From the NCBI GenBank assembly GCA_963745995.1, contig CAVUZF010000005.1:1266568-1330567 (forward strand): DNA of 64,000 nt. Direction: 5' to 3'. Numbering within the stretch: position 1 is the first letter of the stretch; each line of letters opens with the position of its first letter. Source of the stretch: Bryobacterales bacterium (GTDB taxonomy: Bacteria; Acidobacteriota; Terriglobia; Bryobacterales; Bryobacteraceae). Of the stretch, positions 1 through 10,204 are shown one piece after another. The position numbers and the translations under genes were made by a program. The notes beneath the pieces are model-generated. The model was not told the origin of the DNA. It saw only the letters and a list, made by a program, of their open reading frames with translations, and did not search any database.

Positions 1-138
1 ATGGCTTAATCAAACGTCAAAAGATTTGAAGCATTACCGGCAAATCAATAACTTGAAGGCTACAGCAGTTTGGCCGCTTACTTGCGTAGGACAATTATAC
101 CGAAAAAACGGAATATCCGTCCCAAGGAGGTCAACCAC

Positions 139-3100
139 GTGACGAGACTATCCAGCGGTCCCTCGATTCGTCTTAGGCCCCTGCATGGTTGTTCTTCCTT
201 CGTCGTTCTCGTGTTGTCATTGCTTGAGGCAACTCCGGCCTGGTGCCAGAACAGAAATGCGGGCGAGATTCGCGGCACCGTCCTCGACTCCTCGGGGGCC
301 GTGGTCCCTGGCGTCACCGTGGCGGCCACCAAGATATCCACGGAGTGGTCACCACCGCGACGACGGGGAGTTCCGGTGTTTACGACATCCCCTGGGTTGA
401 GACGGGCGTTTACAGTGTAACCTTTACCAAGACCGGCTTTGAGACGGTGCTACAGAACAATGTCGACATTCACGTGGGATTTGTTACGGTTGACGCCACG
501 ATGAAAGTCGGTTCGGTCGCCACCACCATCACCGTGACCTCCACGCGCGAACTGCTGCAAACCGAGTCGTCAGAGAAAAACCTGGCTCTACCGACGACGC
601 AGGTTGAGGATTTGCCCAATGTGGGCCACGACTACGGGGCGTACATGCTGCTGGTTCCCGGTGCGAACCCCGGCCAGGGAGGCGCGGGCGACTTCAGCAA
701 TGGCGCCAACATAGGCATCAACGGCTCGCAGGCCGCGGAGGCAAGCTTTCTGCTGGATGGCGGCACCTTCACCTACCCCGGCAGCTACAACGGCAATACG
801 GGCGTTCCCTTGGAAGACATCGGCAAAGTTAACATCAACGCCAGCAATATGGGCGCCGAGTATGGCAACGGAATGTTCAGCTTCAGCGTCATCACCAAGA
901 GCGGCACGAACCAGTTTCACGGGTCGGGCTTTGAATTTGTGCAGAACAACGTGTTCAACTCCCGTAACTTTCTTCTCCCCCACGGTGGCGCCCACGCGTT
1001 GGAACGAATTTGGCGGCACGATCGGCGGCCCGATCAAGAAAGACAAGGCGTTCTTCTTTTTCAGTTACCAGCGCAACCCCGTGGTGGGTTACAACGCCTC
1101 GTTCTATACCTATCCCACCGCGGCGATGCGCGAAGGCAATTTCTCTGACCCGACTTTCCCACAGCTCTACAATCCTGCCACCACGACCATGGCAGGTGGT
1201 CAGTCCGTCCGCCAACCGTTCCCCGGCAACATCATTTCTCCCATCGAAATGGTTTCAAGCAATATACAAAACTACTACCCGATGCCGCAGACGAATGCGC
1301 TGTTTAACAACTATTTCGCCAACGACAAGTACCCCAGTACGGAGAATTGGTACAACTTTAAAGTTGACGTCAATATCTCCGCCAAGCAACGCCTGATGTA
1401 TTCCGGAATGCTTACGAACGAGTACCAGGTGCAGACCGCGCCGGATAATCCCATCAACACATTGGATATCTGGGGCCCGACGGCTCCGACAATGCAACTC
1501 ACCCACACCTACACGATCACACCTTCACTGGTGAATGAATTTCGCGTTGCCTATAACCGCGGCGCTGTCTACAACTGGGGCCCCGATTTCCAGAAGGGAT
1601 ATCCGCAGAAGTTGGGCTTGAACAACGCCGTGGTGAACGCCTTCCCGAACATCAGCATCAGCGGCGTCGTATCTCCCTCGGGCATTGGGACTGCCCCCTC
1701 CAACGGCCTCTGGCAAAACAACGGCGCACTTACCGACACGCTTGACTGGATTAAAGGAAAGCACGCCATCAAGATGGGGGGTGAATATGACAAGTGGCAG
1801 GTAAACCAGGACCCCTTCGACTTTGTGGATGCGGGTAACTTCTCGTTTGACGGGCAGTTTACCGCCGGGCCCGTTCCCACCGCAGCTACCAGCGTCGGGC
1901 TGGGTTACGCGGATTTCCTCCTGGGACTTCCCAATTCCTGGAATGTCTTGAGCGGGCCCGAAACCGGCGGCCGCGTATGGAACCTCCAGTTGTTCATCCA
2001 GGACTCCTTCAAGCTGCGGCCCAACCTGACCCTGAATTTCGGAGTCCGTTACCTCAATCAGGAGGGCTGGACAGAAGAGCACGATCACATCGCTCAATTT
2101 GATCCGACCCTCACCAACGCAGCCACCGGAACGTTGGGCGCCGTATGGTTTGGCGGGGAAGACGGCCGGCGTACTGTACAGGCGCCACAGCATGCCGTAT
2201 TCACTCCTCGTGTGGGCTTTGCCTGGTCGCCCAAGTCAACTTGGACGGTGCGCGGAGGGTATGGACTTTATAGCTTCCCCTGGGGCGACCAAAATTACTT
2301 CGGCTCGGGTCAGGGCGAGGACGGTTGGTTCATCCAGGGCACCGAGACTTCAACGGACCTCATCACACCCATCTTCACGATGACGCAAGGTCCGCCGCTG
2401 CCCGTGTATCCGCCCGCTAACCCGCATACGGCCCCGAATAGTCTGTTGAACGGCCAGAACCTTCTCTACAACCCCTACCATGTTCCCATCACTTATATGA
2501 ACCAATGGCAATTCGGCGTGCAGCACCAATGGGCAGGCGTTCTCGTCGATGTCGCGTACGTGGGGAGTTCGTTCCTGAATCTCGGCTTTGGCCTTGACTA
2601 CAATCAGGTGCCGGAAAGCAAACTGGGACCCGGCAATGCCCAACTGATGAGGACGTATCCCCAGTTTTCCGCGATTTCCGGAGTCAGCTTCAACGGCCGC
2701 TCTTCCTATAACGCGCTCCAGATTGGTGTGCGCAAACCGATGAGCCACGGCTTCTCGATTCTCACCAACTATGCCTACTCACACTCCCTCGATACCGGCA
2801 CCGGGCAAGGGGGCAACGGGATGTTGCGCACCGACGTTTGGCAGAATGGATTCAATCCCAACGCCAATTATGGAAACTCTGTAACCGACATGAGGCAGAA
2901 CTTCAACGGGGCAATCGTTTATCAGTTGCCCTTCGGCAAGGGACGCGCGTACGCCAACAAGAGCGCCGTTGCGGACCAGTTCATCGGCGGCTGGCAAGCG
3001 TCCACGATCTTCCTCGTGCACTCGGGCTTCCCGTTCACGCCGGTGATGGGCACGGCGAACATGAGCAATTCGCTGGCAGGATCGTGGTACCCCAATCGCC

Positions 3101-3432
3101 TCGGCAGCGGCGTACTTTCGAATCCGACAAATCAGGCGTGGTTCAACCCCGGAGCCTTCGCCGAACCGGCGCAATATACCTTCGGAGATTCCGGACGCAA
3201 CATTCTGTACGGCCCCGGTTTCGCCAACCTCAATTTCAGCCTGGCGAAGAGCTTTGACGTTCCTGTGGGTAGCGAGCAATTGAAACTGCAAATACGCGCG
3301 GACGCCATTGACCTCTTCAATCACCCCAACTTCGGGCAGCCAAACGCGAACATCGGCACCACCGGCGCGGGCATAGTTTCCTCGGCCATCGATAGCCGCA
3401 TTATTCAGCTCGGAGCAGTTCTGCGGTTCTGA
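139..3432 (+). pseudogene. TonB-dependent outer-membrane receptor (carboxypeptidase-regulatory-like N-domain plus beta-barrel), reading frame broken twice
   Basis: GTG at 139 lies 8 nt after AAGGAGG. A signal peptide is followed by NAGEIRGTVLDSSGAVVPGVTV, later WNEFGGTIGGPIKKDKAFFFFSYQ, and a C-terminal ...IIQLGAVLRF aromatic terminus. The product is spread over ORFs 70-420, 243-1148 and 757-3432. Frame changes sit at about 342-343 (GG run, apparent 1-nt loss) and about 969-971 (TTT run, apparent 1-nt gain). Confidence 0.85.
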
Positions 3433-4777
3433 AATGTGCTCCTTTCACGACTCCTGCTGTAGCCGGGCCACGCGCACATGACGTTTGCTGATGAGGTACG
3501 TGAATCCTCACCGGTGCCGGCGCTTATGCAGTCCGATTCGCGGTGTTTATGCCGCCAGTAAGCTAGTGTTTCCACTTGTGTCGATATTATCCAGCTTCTA
3601 ATCCGCTTTCAAGGATTAGACGTTGGAATTACTGCAATTTCGCGTATTCCGCGGCAGGCGGCCTGGCCGTGCTGCGTATCGGCCTGATACCGGTATTGGT
3701 GTTCGCCACAAACGCGACGTTGCAAGTCAACTGCGCACTCGGCAAGGTGGTTCCCAAACATCAAGTGGAAGGGATAAGTCTGGCACTCGAGGGAGGCGGT
3801 GCGGAATTCAACGAGGAAATCAGTGGGCGTGCCCTGTTTCTCTTGATGAGGCACGGAGCCGCCGCTGCTGCGATAGCGGCAGTTTCGGACGTCGATACAA
3901 AACATACGCCTACTGAGGTCCAGCAGTGATTTAAATATGTGGGGGTCAAATTAGAAGCCAACAGAAACAGGCCACGGGGGAACCGAGCCAATTCCCTCGG
4001 GGTCCGTGATGCCTCCGGCGAATTTGCGGTACATATCACTTTCCCGGATAGAGCCCCTACCTTCCAACGTAGGTCCCGGGCGAAGGGTTTAGTAATGCCG
4101 ATTCCTATTGAAATCCCCTTCCCACGAGCGATTTTCAGTTGATTGACAGCCCTGCGAGAGGATTAGACCTGTAAAGTCACTTGGCCATCAACTGCGGTAG
4201 TGCATTGCCGGCTGGATTCCGGCGACGAAGGGCGTAATCATTCCCACTCTTGTTAGGGCTGTGCGGAGGTTGTTTTCGCCGTCTACAAAATCTAGGTTTG
4301 CCTCTTGCCTTCAGCCCGCAATTCTCGCCAGTCTGAACGATCTATGGGCGCAGTCCTACGTTCGACCCGCTAGGGGGGCATCCTAATCGAGTCTAGGTAG
4401 ACGGTCTGGGGTGAGAAGAATAATCTCGCCGACGCACGGGAAGAGGCGGGAGCCGTAGCCGCGGCACAATCCAGAGTAGCAGCATCGGATCTACGTTCCA
4501 AGTACGCTGTCATTAACAATCCCGTACGGCGGCGGGTTGCTTGCAGACCCACAACCGATTTCTAGTCTATTAAAGTTTGATTTTCGACCGGGCGCACTCC
4601 ATACAGCGCTAAAACCTTTCATGTCGCATGCCAAACTGGCGCGGATCCCTGGGAGTTCTTTTGCCCTTTGCGATGTGATCACAAGAAAATGCCCAGCATC
4701 GCTGCGCTGGCGCCCGAGACTTCAACTTGGCCGCCGGCCGGCATCAAACCCAGAATACAGGACGAACAATCGGCACG

Positions 4778-5101
4778 CTAATCGAGGTGAAAAACCTCGT
4801 CCAGGTGCAACATGCTTTGGTCTGGACGCTTACCCTCCAGCGCTTCGAAGAAAGACTTCATGAGTTCCTGCCACTTTAAGCTTGCAGGTTCCGTCGCCAT
4901 GCCTGCCAGGGCGGCGTCAAAGCTTTCGGGCGTTTCAAAATAGCCGAACAGTAAACCGTCCGGGCGCATAAACAGTGAGTAGTTATGCCAACCGTTGCGG
5001 CTCAGAGCCTCGAGCATCTCCGGCCATGTGTTCCGGTGATATTCCTTGTACTCCTCCAGCCTGTCTTCCTTCACTTTTAGCAGAAATGCAACTCTTTTCA
5101 T
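4778..5101 (-). CDS. rhaM: L-rhamnose mutarotase
   Basis: 107-aa ORF. MKRVAFLLKVKEDRLEEYKEYHRNTWPEMLEAL...GWHNYSLF matches the RhaM/YiiL (DUF718) pattern. GAGGAGA RBS upstream and a TAG stop. Confidence 0.9.
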   Translation of the reverse strand: MKRVAFLLKVKEDRLEEYKEYHRNTWPEMLEALSRNGWHNYSLFMRPDGLLFGYFETPESFDAALAGMATEPASLKWQELMKSFFEALEGKRPDQSMLHLDEVFHLD

Positions 5102-5122
5102 GGGTATCTCCTCAACCTGGTG

Positions 5123-6151
5123 TTATCGAATCCCAAACGCGATGATGAATATCGCCATGACCACGAGGATCATGCCCCGCATAAATCCCCGGACCGTGCG
5201 CGCACTCGCGCCCTTCCACTCACCGGCCCGCCATCCCAGGAAGTTTGCGAACAGGACAGTTCCACTAACGAAAAGGCCGAAGCCGATCGAAGGGCCCATT
5301 CGGCCCATCTCAACCGCCGCCGCCCCATAGAGGAGAAGTCCCGAGTACCACACCGCCGCCATCAGGAAGGCCAGGCCGCAGTTGCGGACCAGTTCGTTAG
5401 TGTTTGTGTAGCGAGCGAAAGTACGATTCTGTCGCAATTTATAAAGGCAATAGATCAGATTGGCGATGAAGCCGACACTGAATGTCAGCGCCAGGGCGAC
5501 GCAACCCACGAACAGGGGATTAGCACCCGCCGCCGCGGTGGCCCGCAGCAAACCCGTGCTGGATCCCATGCCGTAAATGAAAACTGTCCCCAGGGGGCCG
5601 CTAATCAAGCAAATCGTCAAGCCCGCCCGAAAGCTCCCGTGCCCTCGCGCTGTCGGTGCTTGCGTCCCCGCTGTTTCTCTCTCTTTTTGCGCTCCCGCTT
5701 TGCCGTAAGTGTAGATTCCGAAAACGATCAGCACGATGGCAGTGATCAGAACGAGCCCTGTGGAGGTCAGGAGTTTGTCCGGCGCATATACAATCAAGGG
5801 ACCGAGGGTGCCGGCGATGGTCGACATGCTGGCGACCACGGCGTTCCCGACGGCAATGCCCGCCATATCGAGCCCCAATCCATACAGGACAAACGAGAGG
5901 CCCCAGAGAACGCCGGCGATCACGCCCGGCAGAAAGTAGGTGAGTGGGACTTCGTGCAGGAGTGACGATAGATGCGGGACGATGACGAACGCAGCCACCC
6001 AGGGCAGCAGAATCAGGGAGAAACAGGAAAAGACCAGCCAGGTGTTTTCCCATTCCCACCCCCGGGCATAACGCAACGGCAAGGCGAAAGCGCCGTTGAG
6101 AAAGCCGGCCACGATCGCTATGGCAAATCCCAGAAGAAAAAGACCTGGCAT
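5123..6151 (-). CDS. rhaT: L-rhamnose/proton symporter family transporter
   Basis: 342-aa polytopic membrane protein. The N-terminal FLNGAFALPLRYARGWEWENTWLVFS motif is characteristic of the RhaT family. It lies immediately upstream of rhaM, with an RBS GAGAGGAG. Confidence 0.85.
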   Translation of the reverse strand: MPGLFLLGFAIAIVAGFLNGAFALPLRYARGWEWENTWLVFSCFSLILLPWVAAFVIVPHLSSLLHEVPLTYFLPGVIAGVLWGLSFVLYGLGLDMAGIAVGNAVVASMSTIAGTLGPLIVYAPDKLLTSTGLVLITAIVLIVFGIYTYGKAGAQKERETAGTQAPTARGHGSFRAGLTICLISGPLGTVFIYGMGSSTGLLRATAAAGANPLFVGCVALALTFSVGFIANLIYCLYKLRQNRTFARYTNTNELVRNCGLAFLMAAVWYSGLLLYGAAAVEMGRMGPSIGFGLFVSGTVLFANFLGWRAGEWKGASARTVRGFMRGMILVVMAIFIIAFGIR

Positions 6152-6161
6152 CGCTCCTCTC

Positions 6162-7001
6162 TCAAAGCCGATAGATGCGAGTCGCGTTCCCCCCGAAAAT
6201 CATTTCTTGTTCGGCTGCCGGAAGGCGTGCCAGTAAGTCGTGCGCCACTTGCCATCCGACATTGTACTCGGCGGTCAAGCGGGCGGGCGGCCAATCGCTG
6301 CCCCACAACAGGCGTTCCGCCCCAAAGCAATTCACAACATGATCGGCGTAGGGCCGAATGCCTTTCAGGGTCCAACCGGCCTTCGCCTGGTTCAGAATTC
6401 CGGAGAATTTGCAGACGACATTCAGGTGTTTCGCCAATCGGTCGATGTCTGCTGCCCAACTCGGGAAAATGTTGTTGGCGATGTCTGGTTTGCCCAGGTG
6501 GTCGAGAATGATGCTGAGATCCGGAAAACGTTCGGCCACTGAAATGATACACGGCAGTTCGCTGAACTCTTGCACCAGTGCGTCAAACGACAGGTTGAGA
6601 TCGACCAGCGCCCTAAAGCCGACATCGTTGGCCGGGTCCTTCATCCACTGGATTGTCTTGTTGTCGTCATGACAAGGTCGAACCCCCTTGTAAAGCGGAT
6701 TGCTCTTCAGCGAACGAAGAACCGCCGCAACGTCGGGAGATGCGAGGTCAATCCAGCCAACCACTCCAGCGATAAGCGGATACTTTTGGGCAAGACCGAG
6801 AACAAAATCGGTCTCCTCCACGGTTTCGGCAGCTTCCACCACGACGATCTTGTCGACCCCCGCCGCCGCCAACCATGGGGCCAGATCATCCGGCAGATGA
6901 TCCTTCAGTAGTATCGTCATGTGCGGGTCGAGGGCCGTGTACCAACCCTTGGAAAGCTGCCAGAAATGGATGTGTGCATCGACGACATTGGCCGGGGTCA
7001 T
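6162..7001 (-). CDS. Amidohydrolase-2 family sugar-lactonase-like protein (L-fucono/L-rhamnono-lactonase type)
   Basis: 279 aa. It has an N-terminal VDAHIHFW metal-binding motif and C-terminal LLWGSDWP and GGNA..IY motifs typical of amidohydrolase_2 lactonases. RBS AAGGAGGG. Confidence 0.75.
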   Translation of the reverse strand: MTPANVVDAHIHFWQLSKGWYTALDPHMTILLKDHLPDDLAPWLAAAGVDKIVVVEAAETVEETDFVLGLAQKYPLIAGVVGWIDLASPDVAAVLRSLKSNPLYKGVRPCHDDNKTIQWMKDPANDVGFRALVDLNLSFDALVQEFSELPCIISVAERFPDLSIILDHLGKPDIANNIFPSWAADIDRLAKHLNVVCKFSGILNQAKAGWTLKGIRPYADHVVNCFGAERLLWGSDWPPARLTAEYNVGWQVAHDLLARLPAAEQEMIFGGNATRIYRL

Positions 7002-7013
7002 GTTGGCCCTCCT

Positions 7014-7946
7014 TCACGCCACGAATCGATTTCTGAGCGTTCCGATTTTTTCGATTTCCAACTCGACGATGGATCCCAGGGGAGGGAACCTGCCCTGCTC
7101 GAGGCCGCTGCCCGTTGCCGCTGTGCCCGACCCGATGACCTCCCCAGGATGAATCGTCTGGTCCATGGAAAGATGCGCGATGATGGCGTCGAACCGGTGA
7201 TACATGCCCCCCGAATTTCCCCGGCTCCACTCCTCGCCATTCACACGCGCCACCATGGTCAGATTGTGGGGATCGCCGATTTCATCCAGCGTAACGATCC
7301 ACGGCCCTAAAACATTTCCCGTGTCAAAGTCTTTGCCTTTGGCCGGACCAAGTTGGCCCGCCTGCTCCCTCATCTGGAAGTCGCGTGCCGACACATCATT
7401 GAAAATTGTGAACCCGAAGACATGGTCGTATGCCGACTCGCGGGGAATGTCGACCCCACGCTTGCCCAGAACGCAGGCAAGTTCAAGCTCGTAATCCAGG
7501 ACTTGGGCGTAGCGTGGCTTTTGCACGTCGTGTTCGGTGCCTACCACCGAATAACGATTGCATTTCGTATACAAAGGAAACTCATACCACACCGGCGGAA
7601 TATCCGGTGTTGCCCCAAACAACTTAGCCGCCATGGCATTCACGTTTTTAAAGTGCTGCTCAAAAGCAAAAAAATCCCGTATTTGCGGCGGGATGGGAAT
7701 GGGAGCGAGAAGGCGCACGCCGGCCAGCGGCAATACCGATTCGTCCGGGGGCGAGGACACGATCTCGGTGGCCAGATCGGTGGCGGCCTTTCCTCCTTCG
7801 ATCAAAGCCAGCATGTCAATGAAGAAGGGGCTGGCATTGCCCTTTGTTGCCCGATGCGCCTGTTGAAGATCCGTAACGGTTCCTGCCGTGGTGTCGACGG
7901 TCCCGATGCATTGGGTGCCGCCGAATTCAAATGTCGCCAGTTTCAT
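7014..7946 (-). CDS. Fumarylacetoacetate hydrolase (FAH) family protein, possibly a 2,4-diketo-3-deoxy-sugar-acid hydrolase
   Basis: 310 aa. Contains YELELACVLGK, FGFTIFNDVSARD, GPAKGKDFD and PGEVIGSGT, which are FAH-fold signatures. The substrate assignment rests on context only. Confidence 0.8.
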   Translation of the reverse strand: MKLATFEFGGTQCIGTVDTTAGTVTDLQQAHRATKGNASPFFIDMLALIEGGKAATDLATEIVSSPPDESVLPLAGVRLLAPIPIPPQIRDFFAFEQHFKNVNAMAAKLFGATPDIPPVWYEFPLYTKCNRYSVVGTEHDVQKPRYAQVLDYELELACVLGKRGVDIPRESAYDHVFGFTIFNDVSARDFQMREQAGQLGPAKGKDFDTGNVLGPWIVTLDEIGDPHNLTMVARVNGEEWSRGNSGGMYHRFDAIIAHLSMDQTIHPGEVIGSGTAATGSGLEQGRFPPLGSIVELEIEKIGTLRNRFVA

Positions 7947-7979
7947 GTTTCCCCCGAGTCGCGATCAAAGATGGTGATC

Positions 7980-8306
7980 TTAAGGTTGGAACGGTTTGGC
8001 AGCTCCCTGCAAGCGAAAGTATTCCGAGGCTTGTTTGGCGCTGACTGCTTCCTCCGCCACCGATGCGAATCTCTTGAAATGCGGAGTTTCCATGTGGGCA
8101 GAGAATGCGTCCTTGCTCTTATAGACCTCGTAGAAGGCAAGGCTATTAGCCCCGGCGGTTGGCGCTAAAACATTGAACTGGAGGCATCCCGGTTCATCCC
8201 AAACCGAGCATATTGAGTCGTCGAGCGCCGCTTGATAGAATTTTTCGAACGCTCCTGGTTTTACGTCAAACACCACCCAAATCACAAACGGTTGACCGTC
8301 AGCCAT
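7980..8306 (-). CDS. Antibiotic-biosynthesis-monooxygenase (ABM) domain protein
   Basis: 108 aa. The pattern FVIWVVFDVKPG...CLQFNVL...FYEVYKSKDAFSAHMETPHFKRF is typical of the ferredoxin-like ABM/YgiN family. RBS AAGGAGA. Confidence 0.7.
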   Translation of the reverse strand: MADGQPFVIWVVFDVKPGAFEKFYQAALDDSICSVWDEPGCLQFNVLAPTAGANSLAFYEVYKSKDAFSAHMETPHFKRFASVAEEAVSAKQASEYFRLQGAAKPFQP

Positions 8307-8545
8307 GCGTATTCTCCTTTGCGCACCTGATTGCCGCCACGGAACCCCCCCACGGTGCGGGGTCAGCTTGGCGCTTCTGGTGCAAGAACCGTGCTATTCA
8401 GATCTTGTGAAGGTTGGCGTTACGTTCCTGCCTTCTTCGCGTCGGGACCATCGCTGATGGGCCGAAAATTAGACCCATTGAGTTCCGCCAGGATTCCCGG
8501 CAAAGTCGGCATGTTGTCATTGGCATGTCCTTTGATCAGTGCCAA

Positions 8546-9367
8546 TTAGTAGATCTGGACCACGGCATTGGCGATGATGGTCATGGCCGGCGCCGAATCC
8601 GCCAGCCGCGCGTAGAGCTTGATGTCCTTGGCGGCGATCCGGAAAGGTCCTTTGAGATGGCTATCATCACCTTCAACGATCCACGGTTTCATCCATTGAA
8701 ACATCACACTGTTGGCGCCTCCGGCGGATAGAACCTCAACCAGAATCTTGAGATCGACCCCCAGTTGGTGGGCGGTCGCCAAGGCTTCGGCAATCAAGGC
8801 GCAACTTCCGATCGTGATGAAGTTGTTGACGAGTTTCATCGTCGTCCCCGAGCCCAGCTCACCCGTGCGGATAATCGTATCGGCATAGGTGGAAAAGACC
8901 GGCATGACCCGATCGATAGCTTCCTTCGACCCACCTACGTAGGTACTGACCTTACCCGCCTCAATTTCCTTGGGTGTCCGCCCATTGGGTGCGTCAATCA
9001 TCTGCACGGATCGCGCGGCTAGGTCCGACCCAATCTTTCGCGTGATCCGCGGATCGGCAGTGGTTGAATCGACAATGATCATCCCTGCGCGTGTCGCGCC
9101 CAGGAGGCCGTCGGCGCCATAGACAACCTGTTCAACCTCCTGCGAAGACGGCAGGCATAGAAAAACCACGTCTGATTTGCTCGCGAGTTCCACCACGGAG
9201 GCCGCTTCCGTCGCGCCCCTTTGGACCAGATCGCGAACAGAGTCCTTTGCGTAGGGATCAAACACCGTGAGAGGATAACCTCTGGTCACAATATTCTTTG
9301 CCGCTCCGTGGCCCATGAGGCCAACACCAATGTAGCCAATTCGCAAAGGGTTCTCCGTGGTTTTCAT
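8546..9367 (-). CDS. NAD(P)-dependent 3-hydroxyisobutyrate-dehydrogenase-family oxidoreductase (C-terminus cut by an in-frame TAA)
   Basis: N-terminal Rossmann motif IGYIGVGLMGHGAAKN and a central GSGTTMKLVNN motif. After the TAA at 8546-8548 the same frame continues with LALIKGHANDNMPTLPGILAEL... down to a stop at 8420-8422. That stretch looks like the natural C-terminal helix region. Confidence 0.8.
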   Translation of the reverse strand: MKTTENPLRIGYIGVGLMGHGAAKNIVTRGYPLTVFDPYAKDSVRDLVQRGATEAASVVELASKSDVVFLCLPSSQEVEQVVYGADGLLGATRAGMIIVDSTTADPRITRKIGSDLAARSVQMIDAPNGRTPKEIEAGKVSTYVGGSKEAIDRVMPVFSTYADTIIRTGELGSGTTMKLVNNFITIGSCALIAEALATAHQLGVDLKILVEVLSAGGANSVMFQWMKPWIVEGDDSHLKGPFRIAAKDIKLYARLADSAPAMTIIANAVVQIY

Positions 9368-10204
9368 TGGCTTTCTCCGTTCGTAGCTAAATTGGGAAAG
9401 ATTTGCCCTGAGTTAAACCGATATCGACCTAAGCGTTGCTAGCTCCCCGCGGTCAACCCCGCAGTATTCCCCCCTGTTGCGCAGGCAGCAATCAGCTGGG
9501 ACAAAAGACAATGGAAAGGCCCATTAACATCACAAAAAGCGGGATAGTATTCTTTCATCTGCAAAATGTCAACGTGACGTCATAGAAGCGTTTGGGAGGG
9601 CCACTCCAGAAATATTAAGCATTTTCAAATGCGTTGGACTGGACGAACGGCGTCTGGACGGGCTAAGCCCAAGCCGGTTTCAATCACATTCACTGAGTTT
9701 CCGGAATGCCGAGGAAGCGCCGGCTTACTAATTCGCGGGGGTCCGCAGACACTCAATTAAGCTACGTGTGGCTGGCTTGGTCCACAAGCGCGGATTGCCG
9801 TCATAGCTGACAAAGTGGGTCACCGCTGTAACCTCGCCGGCAACAGGGACATCATCACCTGTACCGAGGATATTCAGCCTGAAGGCCGCCTTCCCGTCGA
9901 CTGGCCCAGCACGTGACGTGGATTCTGACAGTGGATGGGCGTTTTTCGTTCGAAATCCGGCAAAGTAAGCCCTCGGCATGTTTTCAGAGTGCGCGATCCC
10001 AACAGAACCTCAGATTGGTTCCTACGTAAGATTGGTAAACCCTTGGCGACAAGGAGGACCTATTTCCTCAAACGCCGTTTGAATGCGACGCGCCGATCGG
10101 GCGCGGTCCGGCGCTGATTCCGTCGGATGGGGGTATAATACCCACTCTAACCAGTTCCATTCGCCACGTATGACCGTTCCAGGGAACGCATCGCGTTTTG
10201 GTCT

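Noticed and set aside
1525-2193. Antisense and alternative-frame ORFs inside large genes, for example 1525-2193, 15681-16427, 22759-23592, 44174-45163, 49030-49863, 51567-52655, 54221-55060 and 58114-58845
   Set aside because: All lie opposite or out of frame to genes with strong family signatures. They lack RBS and recognisable motifs and have skewed Arg/Gly/His-rich composition.
4340-4385. tmRNA-like 5-prime sequence (GGGCGCAGTCCTACGTTCGACCCGC), and the possibility that 12685-12717 is a tmRNA 3-prime end
   Set aside because: No matching acceptor 3-prime strand or T-arm lies within about 400 nt downstream of 4340. The 12672-12717 fragment carries a glycine anticodon loop and discriminator U, so it is tRNA-Gly derived and not tmRNA.
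9728-9979. An 83-aa minus-strand ORF in the spacer upstream of the exported TrbI-like gene
   Set aside because: It has no RBS, no recognisable motif and no partner genes, so I could not support it as a gene.
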